Below are positions 1 to 7,715 of a DNA stretch of 24,000 nucleotides, piece after piece. This stretch comes from Aeromonas sp. 164P (GTDB lineage: Bacteria; Pseudomonadota; Gammaproteobacteria; Enterobacterales; Aeromonadaceae). The DNA lies in NCBI GenBank assembly GCA_051919905.1, contig JBQBDV010000001.1:2660339-2684338 (forward strand), in the 5' to 3' direction. The notes beneath the pieces are model-generated. The model ran no database searches. It was not told the DNA's origin and saw nothing but the letters and a program-made list of their open reading frames with translations. The position numbers were made by a program, and so were the translations under genes. Positions within the stretch are counted from its first letter, which is position 1. Every line of letters starts with the position of its first letter.

Positions 1-2
1 AG

Positions 3-404
3 GCCAACGTACTGTTCTTCGACAACAAAACGGCCCGCAAGGAGCCGTGGACGCGAGAGGTCTGGATCTACGACTACCGCACCAACATCCACCACACGCT
101 GAAGAAGAAGCCGCTGCGTTTCGAGGATCTGCAAGATTTCATCGCCTGCTATCACCCGGAGAACCGTCACGATCGTCAAGAATCCTGGCACGAGACTGAC
201 AACCCTGAAGGTCGCTGGCGCAAGTACAGTCTTGAACAAATCCTCTCCCACGAAAAAACCAGCCTAGATATCTTCTGGATCAAGGACAAATCGCTAACTG
301 ATCTGGAGGACCTGCCGGAACCGGACGAGCTGGCTGAGGCGATTATCGATAATATTGAAGCAGGGCTAAACAGCTTCCGTGAGATTCTCAAAGGGTTGAA
401 CTAA
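3..404 (+). CDS. hsdM: Type I restriction-modification DNA methyltransferase subunit M, C-terminal part. The 5' end lies outside the window.
   Basis: The frame is open from the window edge (codons from nt 3) to TAA at 402-404. It is absent from the ORF track because it has no start codon in the window. Translation: ANVLFFDNKTARKEPWTREVWIYDYRTNIHHTLKKKPLRFEDLQDFIACYHPENRHDRQESWHETDNPEGRWRKYSLEQILSHEKTSLDIFWIKDKSL...FREILKGLN. This matches the conserved C-terminal block of HsdM proteins as I recall it (VWFYD.R, NRH.R.E.W...NPEGRWR, LDIFWLKD). Confidence 0.85.
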   Translation, partial: ANVLFFDNKTARKEPWTREVWIYDYRTNIHHTLKKKPLRFEDLQDFIACYHPENRHDRQESWHETDNPEGRWRKYSLEQILSHEKTSLDIFWIKDKSLTDLEDLPEPDELAEAIIDNIEAGLNSFREILKGLN

Positions 405-505
405 GACAGGGGTTGATTGGTACACAAACTTCGGGGTGGTGAAAATTGGACGCTGAAACCTCGGAAACTTGGTCTTTTTTTACGCGCATTCAATATTCGT
501 ACTAT

Positions 506-530
506 GTGGTTCACTGGTCGAGTGAACCAC
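506..530. repeat. Perfect 10-bp inverted repeat (hairpin) in non-coding DNA downstream of hsdM
   Basis: gtggttcact / ggtcg loop / agtgaaccac. No flanking T-run on either strand, so it is not a canonical terminator. Confidence 0.5.
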
Positions 531-593
531 AGAAAGGGATGCCGATGCCACGTGTGCGCCGGGGCTGATGCTAGCCCGATTCAAAAGTAAATA

Positions 594-620
594 GGGCTCG
601 CATCGCTGCGAGCCTTGTTG
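594..620 (+). terminator. Candidate rho-independent terminator
   Basis: ggctcgca-tcgc-tgcgagcc stem-loop followed by the T-rich ttgttgtatc. It lies about 190 nt past the hsdM stop. Confidence 0.35.
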
Positions 621-1066
621 TATCTGGTGTTGGTCTACCTACCAAACTCATAGTGAATCGCCCCCCGGATTGCCAAGCCATCAATCCATGACTGTGAGTC
701 GCGAATTTAACTTAGAAGTGTGACACCCGCCTATGCAGTTGGACGATACTCTTCGAATACCCTGTCAGGTTGCATGAACCTGAGACATTTCCGAGGCCGC
801 CAGTTGAGCAATTGCTCCGCTCGTCTATCCTCCTCGTCCGTGCTCTCTCGCAGGTCTGTTTACTTTGGGATGAACACGTCCTTGGTCTTTGATTTGATAT
901 GCTGTGACCCCGATTCGAGCCTCTGTTTTGCCTCCCTTTTTCGTGCAATTTCGTGTAATTCAGTGCAAACCACCAGAAACTGTACGCAACCCAAAATAAC
1001 CAAATCGGCTTGAATCAATGGGTTATAACTGCCACAGTTATATCTCAACCGTTGTTTCGGGATTCA

Positions 1067-1116
1067 AAATCCGCCGGTGAATAACCGTGTCGGTTCGAGT
1101 CCGACCCCGGGCACCA
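1067..1116 (+). tRNA. 3' fragment of tRNA-Leu(CAA) covering anticodon loop, long variable arm, T-arm, acceptor 3' strand and CCA. Non-functional; probably a genomic-island att scar.
   Basis: ggattcaaaatccgccggtgaataaccgtgtcggttcgagtccgaccccgggcacca parallels E. coli leuX as I recall it (GATTCAAAATC..variable arm..CCGGTTCGAGTCCGG..GGCACCA). The required 5' acceptor strand gcccggg and a D-arm are absent upstream, and the outer two anticodon-stem pairs are mismatched. Confidence 0.7.
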
Positions 1117-1152
1117 TATTACAGTTTTATGCCGTATTACGGCAGACCTGAA

Positions 1153-1186
1153 ACCCGCATAGCTTAAGGCTCTGCGGGTTTTTTGT
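1153..1186 (+). terminator. Rho-independent terminator following the tRNA fragment
   Basis: acccgca...tgcgggt stem followed by a tttttt run. Confidence 0.7.
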
Positions 1187-1385
1187 TATTTCTTGTCGTA
1201 TCATATAGCCTCATGACATACCCCATTGCCGGGGATACATCTGGGGGTATCAGTCCAGATGGGGCTAAAAAGTCCCCCCTCAGGCCACCAGCCCGCGCCG
1301 TTACAGGCCAGCCGAGTGTCCACTTGTTTTCCCCCAGCATGCGATAAGTATCCCCAACCAGAGACGGCAGATACCCCCATGCCGT

Positions 1386-1580
1386 TATCCTATACTGGCA
1401 GCCAGGCAAGCCAAGTTCAGTGGTAAGCCTCAGAAACTTTCCGATGAGAAGGGGCTGTTCCTGCTGGTCAACCAGTCTGGTAAATACTGGCGGCTCAAGT
1501 ATCGCCATGGTGGCAGAGAGAAGGCACTTGCCCTGGGGGTCTATCCAGAGGTTTCACTGAAAGAGGCGAGAGCTAGTTAG
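1386..1580 (+). pseudogene. N-terminal stub of a P4-type (DUF4102-type) tyrosine integrase. It lacks a start codon and is truncated at TAG 1578-1580.
   Basis: In-frame translation ...ILAARQAKFSGKPQKLSDEKGLFLLVNQSGKYWRLKYRHGGREKALALGVYPEVSLKEARAS* matches the conserved integrase N-terminus as I recall it (KLSDGGGLYLLV...GSKYWRLKYRF.GKEK.LALGVYPEVSLKEAR). The catalytic domain is missing. Confidence 0.8.
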
Positions 1581-1627
1581 AGAGCCGAGTATTGCCCCCG
1601 GTCAAGCTAGAGGGTGGGGTCTGTGGG

Positions 1628-1633
1628 TATAAT
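1628..1633 (+). promoter_or_regulatory. Candidate -10 hexamer (TATAAT) upstream of the membrane-module operon
   Basis: Perfect tataat 64 nt upstream of the 1697 ATG. I found no convincing -35 at 17-bp spacing. Confidence 0.25.
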
Positions 1634-1696
1634 GGTTCTTGCCAGCCGTCTTATGGACGGCGATTTTGTATTTAGTTGTTACGAGGAGATTTATTG

Positions 1697-2191
1697 ATGT
1701 CCAGACCCGATATCCGGTTGCAGGATTCGATCGTCGCAGGTTTGATTAATGGTGTGATCAACGGCTTGATTGCACACTGGCATTTCAAGGACGTTGAAAC
1801 TGTGCCCTTGTCGGTCAATGCCATTGCCCACGAGCAGACATCGGTGTGGGGAGAGGCGGTGTCACTGACGTTCGGCCTGGGGATCATATTGTCTCTGATC
1901 ACCGCAAAACTGTTTGTCAAACATCTGCACAAGGCATTTCCTGCGTTGCAAAGCAGCTTTAATCCTTCTTTCCTGCGCACCATGCTGCCTATCGCAGTCA
2001 CCCAATGTGCTGCGCTATTCGGCTGGTTTATCGCACTGGCGGTGATATGGACCAAATACATGGGTGAGATAGTTGTCTCCAGTTTCTGGGCTGCTTTCCT
2101 GGTGGGTGGCTTTGCTTTTGTTATCACGCTGGTCATTGAATATCGCACCAAGCAGAATCTGATTTTCAAGAAAGTCAGTCTGCTGGATTGA
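1697..2191 (+). CDS. Hypothetical small integral membrane protein (about 4 TM segments), first gene of the HlyD module
   Basis: ATG at 1697 is preceded by gaggag with 8-nt spacing; the track ORF starts at 1676. There are four hydrophobic stretches (SIVAGLINGVINGLIAHW, AVSLTFGLGIILSLITAKLF, MLPIAVTQCAALFGWFIALAVIW, SFWAAFLVGGFAFVITLVIEY). I recognise no family. Confidence 0.6.
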   Translation: MSRPDIRLQDSIVAGLINGVINGLIAHWHFKDVETVPLSVNAIAHEQTSVWGEAVSLTFGLGIILSLITAKLFVKHLHKAFPALQSSFNPSFLRTMLPIAVTQCAALFGWFIALAVIWTKYMGEIVVSSFWAAFLVGGFAFVITLVIEYRTKQNLIFKKVSLLD

Positions 2192-2230
2192 TTCTGCATC
2201 CCCAATTATTTCAGAACAGGAATAACCTTC

Positions 2231-3355
2231 ATGAGTGAACCCAAGAGCGTGGCAACCGAGAAAGCGGCCGCTCCCGCGCCTGCCGTACAGGACAAAACCA
2301 AGCAGGCTCGCTCGCTGACTTATGGTATTTTCCTCGCGGTTTTTATTCTCTGGATTTACAGCCTGTGGGCTGATCGTGTCACTCCAATGACCGATATGGG
2401 CAGGGTCAATGGTGAAGTAATCCGTCTTGCGCCTCAGGTATCCGGCCCTGTCGACAGTATTCATGTTGCCAATAACGATGCTGTGTCAAAAGGGCAACTG
2501 CTGGTCGCGATCGAGAAAGCGCCGTTCGAGCTGGAGGTCAAGGCTGCCGAGCTGGCTTTGCAGAAGGCGGCGCAATCCTATCATGCCGATTCGGCCTCAA
2601 TCGAGGTCGCAAAAGCCAATGAGGCTGCAGCTCGCGCCGCGGCCAATAACGCCAGAATGCAGGTAGAACGCTACCGTGCCTTGTTGAAAAAAGGCACTAT
2701 CAGCCGGGCGGCCATGGACGACAGTCTGACCCAGCTGCAAACTGCCGAAGCCAGCCTGACTCAGGCCGCCTCTACACTGGAAAAAGCCCGTTTTGAGATT
2801 GGCCCGCGGGGTGAAGATAACCCCGAAATCCAGGCCGTGCTCAATGAGCGTGCACAGGCCCAGCTCAATCTCGAGCATACCGAGCTGAAGGCACCGGCCA
2901 ATGGGGTCATCACCAACATGACGCTTGCCAAAGGCAATTATGCCAGCGCAGGCCAGCCCTTGCTGACCTTTATCAATACCGAACAACTGTGGCTGACGGC
3001 CATGGTGAGGGAGAATTCGCTAGCCTATTTGAAGCGGGATGACGCAGTCAAGGTGGTGTTTGATGCATATCCGGGTCAGGTATTCACTGGCAAGATCACT
3101 TCCATCGGTTTTGGCAGCAGTGGCAACGGCAACTTGCAGGCTAACGCTGGCACCGGGTTGCTGGAGTCGCCGACTTCCCAGCCGAGTGCCCAGCGCTTCC
3201 CGGTCAATATCCAGTTTGATGATCTCCCGCCCGGCGTGAGTCCTCGCTACGGTGGTCGTGCTGTCGTTGCCTTCTACCCGGGGCACTCCTATCTGGGTGA
3301 GCGGCTGGCAGACATCTGGATATGGGCATGGAGTTATATCAGCTATGTTTCATAG
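2231..3355 (+). CDS. HlyD-family periplasmic adaptor / membrane fusion protein (YibH/AaeA-like)
   Basis: Contains an N-terminal TM anchor (LTYGIFLAVFILWIYSLW), a lipoyl-like motif (VSGPVDSIHVANNDAVSKGQLLVAIE), a long Ala/Gln-rich coiled coil, a second lipoyl half (TELKAPANGVITNMTLAKGNYASAGQPLLTF) and a beta-barrel tail. An agga RBS precedes the start. Confidence 0.85.
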   Translation: MSEPKSVATEKAAAPAPAVQDKTKQARSLTYGIFLAVFILWIYSLWADRVTPMTDMGRVNGEVIRLAPQVSGPVDSIHVANNDAVSKGQLLVAIEKAPFELEVKAAELALQKAAQSYHADSASIEVAKANEAAARAAANNARMQVERYRALLKKGTISRAAMDDSLTQLQTAEASLTQAASTLEKARFEIGPRGEDNPEIQAVLNERAQAQLNLEHTELKAPANGVITNMTLAKGNYASAGQPLLTFINTEQLWLTAMVRENSLAYLKRDDAVKVVFDAYPGQVFTGKITSIGFGSSGNGNLQANAGTGLLESPTSQPSAQRFPVNIQFDDLPPGVSPRYGGRAVVAFYPGHSYLGERLADIWIWAWSYISYVS

Positions 3356-4375
3356 CCCTGCCAATGCCTTGCTGCGGGTAGCGCTGTTTCCGGTGCTACT
3401 GCTGTTTTGGCAATACGTGTTCGGAACGGATCTGCCGCTGCTGGCGCCAGCCATGTGTGCGGTATTTCTCACGACCACCCACAATCCACCGCCGCTCATC
3501 ATGGTGTTCCTGATGGCCGGGGTCCTGTATCTGACCTCCTGGATACAGGCATGGCTGGCGACGCTGTTGCTGGATTACCCCCATGTCTACTATCTCGCAC
3601 TGCTAGGCATCTTCTACTGGTGCATGGATAGAACCCGGAAAAATGCACAGGATCTGGTCGCGATCCTGCTTATCGTGGCGACGGCCATGATTGCGGTGTT
3701 CGTCAAACAGAAGGGGATTTCGGTTGACCAGATACCGCTGGCGCTGTTGCAGAACATCTTCGTGGCAGGGTTTACCGCGTATCTGGCCTATTTCATCTTC
3801 CGGGGGGTGAGCCGCTAACGGATGCCGCTGCTGCAGCCAATGGTGCAGGCAAGACTCCTCATCAGGATTGGCACACCCTGTTCAAGGCGGGATTGGTGCT
3901 GACTATCCTCTGTGTTGGCATCACCCTCGATCTGGAGCAGAGCACGATTATCGCTATCGTGGTGGCGCTGATTATCAAGGATCCCAATCCAGCGCTCGGG
4001 CATAACTACGGGATCCGGCGTTTGCTGACTACCTATGCCAGCGTGCTCTATGCCGTGCCGCCCCTGATCGTGTGCGTTTTTCAAACCAACCTGATTGGGC
4101 AACTGGGGGTCACTCTGGTGTGCGCCCTGTTTATGGGGATCCACGCTGTCGAGAAGAAGGCCAGTTACAACTCGATTCAACTGCTCTATTCGAGCTATGT
4201 GGTGTTGGTGTTTTACTCCATCACCTCAACCAGCATCGATGCGTTGAGCGATGGCCTGATCCGCTTCGGCTCGGTGATGCTGGCGGTGACTCTGGGGGTG
4301 ATGGCACTGATCATCATGCAACCCAATGCACCGGCCGAGCCCGCAGTCCAGCCGCCAGGTCGCGCTCCAGTCTGA
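3345..4375 (+). pseudogene. DUF2955/FUSC-like polytopic inner-membrane protein, split into two ORFs (3345-3818 and about 3809-4375) by a frameshift
   Basis: ATG 3345 overlaps the HlyD stop by 11 nt. The first frame ends at TAA 3816-3818. The second frame is open from 3728 and continues to 4375. Adding one G to the G6 run at 3802-3807 fuses them into about 343 aa (...AYFIFRGGEPLTDAAAAANGAGKTPHQDWHTLFKAGLVLTIL...). Both halves are strongly hydrophobic. The family call rests on architecture and my recall, not on an alignment. Confidence 0.6.
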
Positions 4376-4414
4376 AGTTCGGCCGCTGTCGCTCCTGCCA
4401 TGTTCATTAATAAA

Positions 4415-4436
4415 GAGCCCTTGATGATCAAGGGCT
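4415..4436. repeat. Left copy of the duplicated palindromic target (gagcccttgatgatcaagggct) flanking the IS
   Basis: Identical 22-mer at 6262-6283. It is itself a hairpin (agccctt / gatgatc loop / aagggct). Confidence 0.85.
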
Positions 4437-4513
4437 CAGACTGCTGACAAACCTCTGGACGCCGATCCCGGGGTTTGATCTAATTGCAGCATGGTCAATA
4501 AATGGACTGCGCC

Positions 4514-6193
4514 ATGCTCAGAGAACCCGTACCCCAGCAATTTGAGCTCGAGATGGTCACCCTCGAGGAACTCGTCCCCCAAGACCACCTCCTGCGCAAA
4601 ATCGACAAGTTCATCTCCTTTGATTTCATTCGCGACAAGGTTCGCCACTGCTATTGCCAGGGCAATGGCCGCCCCGCCATCGACCCGGTGCTTTTCTTCA
4701 AGATGCTCTTCATCGGCTATCTCTTTGGCATTCGCAGCGAGCGCCGTCTGGTTCAGGAAATTCACCTCAACGTGGCCTATCGCTGGTTCCTGCGCATGCG
4801 GCTGACCGACAAGGTTATCGATGCCTCCAGTTTCTGTCAGACCCGTCGTCGCCGCTTTGCCGAGTCCTCCATCTATCAAGAAATCTTCGATGAAATCGTC
4901 AATCAGGCCATGAACTACCGGATGGTCGGCGGCCGGGTCCTCTATACCGACAGCACCCACCTCAAAGCCAATGCCAACAAGAAGAAGCTGACCGAAGTCG
5001 AGGTCACTATCACCCCCAGAGCCTATCTTGAGGAACTGGAGTTGGCTATCGATGAGGACCGCCAGCAACATGGGAAAAAACCGCTACGCCGCCGGGTAAA
5101 AGCTGCACAATCGGAGCAATCGGAGCAATCGGAGCAATCGGAGCAATCGGAGCAACCAGAGCAACCAGAGCAACCAGAGCAACCAGAGCAACCAGAGCAA
5201 CCAGAGCAACCAGAGCAACCAGAGCAACCAGAGCAACCAGAGCAACCAGAGCAACCAGAGCAACCAGAGCAACCAGAGCAACCAGAGCAAGACAACTCTC
5301 AAGCCGCAACCACCGGGGAAACGCGAATAATCAAGCAGAGCACCACTGACCCCGATAGCGGCTACATGGTACGCGAGGGCAAACCCAAGGGCTTCTTCTA
5401 CCTTGACCACCGCACGGTCGATGCCAAATACGCCATCATCACCGACAGCTTCATCACCCCAGGCAATGTCCATGACAGCGTGCCCTATCTCGCCAGGCTG
5501 GACCGACAAATCGAGACCTTTGGCTTTGACGTCGAAGCGGTGGGGCTGGATGCGGGCTACAACAATGCCCCCTTGTGCCACGGACTGGTTGAGCGGGGAC
5601 TGGCGCACAGCGTCATTGGCTACAGTCGCCCCTCAAAGAGGAAGGGCATGCTGGCCAAACGAGAATATCGCTACGATGCACAACAAGACTGCTACCACTG
5701 CCCGCAAAACGAAATCCTGCGCTACCAGACCACCAACGGGGAAGGATATAGGCTCTACGCCAGTGACCCGGACAAGTGCCGGGAGTGCCCGCTGCAGGCG
5801 CAATGCACCAAGAGTAAAACAGGCATCAAACAGGTGAGCCGACATGTCTGGCAGGAAGACCGGGAGCGGATAGCCGAAAATCGGCTGAGCGAAGTGGGCA
5901 AGCAGATTTACAAGGGACGGCAAGAGACGGTGGAGCGCAGCTTTGCGGATGCGAAACAGCATCATGGGCATCGATATGCTCGTTATCGGGGTCTGGGCAA
6001 GGTGCAGATGCAGGGATTGCTGGCGGCAGCGTGTCAGAACATGAAGAAAATTGCGTTGGTACAGGGCCGGAAGGGATGCCAGGTCAGCAACCCGCCCAAT
6101 TCCCCGGCAGACGGGCTTTTTGGCGCAGTAAAGCGGTATCTAATGCCTTATCAGTGGCAAAGATGGCAACTATGCCGACTTTGCAGCGAATGA
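4514..6193 (+). CDS. IS1182-family DDE transposase carrying an internal (SEQ)5(PEQ)15 repeat insert
   Basis: N-terminus is MLREPVPQQFELEMVTLEELVPQDHLLRKID (DUF772-type). Also present are DSTHLKANANKKK, a Cys-rich CYHCPQNE...CRECPLQAQCTKSK segment and the C-terminal ETVERSFADAKQHHGHRYARYRGLGKVQMQGLLAAACQNMKKIA. An alternative ATG lies at 4502. Confidence 0.9.
   Translation: MLREPVPQQFELEMVTLEELVPQDHLLRKIDKFISFDFIRDKVRHCYCQGNGRPAIDPVLFFKMLFIGYLFGIRSERRLVQEIHLNVAYRWFLRMRLTDKVIDASSFCQTRRRRFAESSIYQEIFDEIVNQAMNYRMVGGRVLYTDSTHLKANANKKKLTEVEVTITPRAYLEELELAIDEDRQQHGKKPLRRRVKAAQSEQSEQSEQSEQSEQPEQPEQPEQPEQPEQPEQPEQPEQPEQPEQPEQPEQPEQPEQPEQDNSQAATTGETRIIKQSTTDPDSGYMVREGKPKGFFYLDHRTVDAKYAIITDSFITPGNVHDSVPYLARLDRQIETFGFDVEAVGLDAGYNNAPLCHGLVERGLAHSVIGYSRPSKRKGMLAKREYRYDAQQDCYHCPQNEILRYQTTNGEGYRLYASDPDKCRECPLQAQCTKSKTGIKQVSRHVWQEDRERIAENRLSEVGKQIYKGRQETVERSFADAKQHHGHRYARYRGLGKVQMQGLLAAACQNMKKIALVQGRKGCQVSNPPNSPADGLFGAVKRYLMPYQWQRWQLCRLCSE
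5108..5287 (+). repeat. Perfect 9-bp tandem repeat, 20 units: caatcggag x5 (5108-5152) then caaccagag x15 (5153-5287)
   Basis: Counted directly in the sequence. It is in frame with the transposase. Confidence 0.95.
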
Positions 6194-6261
6194 TCAGCCC
6201 TCAGACTCAAAGCGAAAGAAGAACCCCCTTTTTTGGAAAATAAGGGGTTTTTCAGCAATCT

Positions 6262-6290
6262 GAGCCCTTGATGATCAAGGGCTTTTTGCT
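6262..6290 (+). terminator. Right copy of the duplicated hairpin plus T-run. Probably the original rho-independent terminator of the membrane-module operon, displaced by the IS.
   Basis: gagcccttgatgatcaagggct is followed by ttttt. The left copy at 4415-4436 sits 40 nt after the 4375 stop. Confidence 0.55.
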
Positions 6291-6584
6291 GGTAACAATC
6301 TGGGGGGAAATCCCCCAACGTTTCGGCTGTTGCACATGACCTAAGCGGTTATGGCTCCCATTCTTCAACATCAAAAGCCGCGACCTTCCGAATAGGCGAA
6401 GGCCCGGAGACGCTTCGCTAATCTGCGGTCCCCTCCACCGACCGAGCCCAGCATCTGCTGACCTGCTTGCTGTTTGCGGTGGTCACTCTCTCCAGCTGGC
6501 GAGCATGGGGCCGAGCAGGTAGCCTGACGAGTCGGCGCAGAGGCCTATACTCAAACAAGGTTTACCTGTCAGGAGTGCCCGGCC

Positions 6585-7715
6585 ATGCGTCTACTGCCTC
6601 TTTGCTGGTTGTTGGGGATGGCCCCGGTGCTGGCGGCCCCGGTTCAGCTCAAATTGCTGGAGTGGGGTTATCTGCCTGCGGGTTATGAACAACAGTTTGC
6701 CGACTATGCCAAAGCCCATGGGGTGGAGGCGACGGTCAGCCGGATCGAGCCGCTGCTGACCGATTTCGACAGCGTCTATCGCGCCCTGCGCACCCGCAGC
6801 GCCGATGTGGTGCTGCCGACCAGCTACTTCTACAAGGCCCATCACCAACCGCTGTTTAAGTTGCTGCTCCCCCTCGATTTCAGTCGCCTGCAGCACTATG
6901 CGGAGGTGAAGCCCGCCCTCAAGAACACCGAGTATGACAAGCAGGGGGAGCGCAACTACTCGGTGCCCTTATCCTACGCCATGTTCAGCCTCGCCTACGA
7001 CAGCAAGCTGGTGTCGCAAGCACCCACCAGTTGGCAGGTGCTTGCCAACAGCTCGCAGCCGGGCCAGTTTGCCGAGTTCTGCGACCAGTTCGAGCCACTG
7101 CTCTTTTCGGTGCTGCTCTCTCTTGGCAAGTCGCCCGCCCTGTTTGCCAGTGGCGAGATGCTGGCCGACAAGACGCTGCAGCATGAAGTGGAGCTGCAGC
7201 TCTCGCAGCGGCTGCAAGCCAGTCGCGGCTTCTGGTTCAATCAGGTCAATAGCTGCGACGCCCTGCGCCAGCAGACCTTTGCCACTACCTGGGGGTTGGA
7301 GCTGGTGGAGTGCAACAAGCAAAACAACCAGCAGTGGCGGATCGCCATGGTGCAGGAGGGGGCCATCTATGCCCTCGACGCCCTCTCCATCGCTCGCCAT
7401 GTCGGGGATGATCCCGCACGGCTCAAGGCGGCCTACCTGCTGGTGGATTTTCTGCTGAGCGCCCCGCTGCAGCGCCAGATGCTGGTGGGCACGCCCACCA
7501 TCTCGGCCAGCAATGTCGCCTCCCGGCCGCCCCTCAGCCCGCAGGAGCAGGCGGTGCTGCCGGATCGCCCGCTGCCAGAGTTTGACGAGCGACTGCTGGT
7601 GCCCGCACTGCCCGCCCATATCAAGAATCGCTATAAACGGATGGTGCAGCAGGCGATCGTTGCCAGCGGCAAAGAGGGGCTGGTCAAGCAGTGCCCCTGG
7701 GATCTGGATAACTGA
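6585..7715 (+). CDS. Periplasmic solute-binding protein, PotD/PotF-like fold. Orphan, with no adjacent permease or ATPase gene.
   Basis: Has a signal peptide (MRLLPLCWLLGMAPVLAAP). Blocks parallel E. coli PotD as I recall it: ADVVLPTSYFYKA vs YDLVVPSTYYVDK, NYSVPLSYAMFSLAY vs DYSIPYIWGATAIGV, TSWQVL vs TSWADL, and MVQEGAIYALDALSIARH...AYLLVDFLLSAPLQRQM vs WPKEGGIFWMDSLAIPAN...ALKLINFLLRPDVAKQV. Confidence 0.7.
   Translation: MRLLPLCWLLGMAPVLAAPVQLKLLEWGYLPAGYEQQFADYAKAHGVEATVSRIEPLLTDFDSVYRALRTRSADVVLPTSYFYKAHHQPLFKLLLPLDFSRLQHYAEVKPALKNTEYDKQGERNYSVPLSYAMFSLAYDSKLVSQAPTSWQVLANSSQPGQFAEFCDQFEPLLFSVLLSLGKSPALFASGEMLADKTLQHEVELQLSQRLQASRGFWFNQVNSCDALRQQTFATTWGLELVECNKQNNQQWRIAMVQEGAIYALDALSIARHVGDDPARLKAAYLLVDFLLSAPLQRQMLVGTPTISASNVASRPPLSPQEQAVLPDRPLPEFDERLLVPALPAHIKNRYKRMVQQAIVASGKEGLVKQCPWDLDN

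Larger units (their letters stand above)
4436..6263 (+). mobile_element. IS1182-family insertion sequence (about 1.83 kb), apparently complete
   Basis: Terminal inverted repeats are tcagactgctgacaaacc (4436-4453) and the reverse complement of ggtttttcagcaatctga (6246-6263), matching at 16 of 18 positions. It has a single long transposase ORF and is flanked by a 19-22 bp direct repeat. Confidence 0.85.

Noticed and set aside
176-391. 71-aa minus-strand ORF
   Set aside because: It is antisense to the clearly conserved hsdM C-terminal coding frame.
712-1048. Small ORFs (78, 97 and 62 aa) between hsdM and the tRNA fragment
   Set aside because: They overlap one another and are Ser/Arg/Cys-rich. 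They have no RBS and no family resemblance, so they are probably non-coding or highly degraded DNA. I also could not recognise any HsdS remnant here.
1021-1116. A complete tRNA (or tRNA-Sec or tmRNA) gene
   Set aside because: Only the anticodon loop to CCA portion is tRNA-like. No gcccggg acceptor 5' strand or D-arm lies upstream. The anticodon reads CAA (Leu), not UCA. The acceptor does not fit a tmRNA.
5108-5287. Possible CRISPR array
   Set aside because: The units are only 9 bp, are contiguous with no spacers, and lie inside a coding sequence.
5023-5608. ORFs reading the nonamer repeat in other frames or on the other strand (CSG, LVA and LWL repeats)
   Set aside because: These are artefacts of the periodic sequence. 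The sense frame is continuous with conserved transposase domains on both sides.
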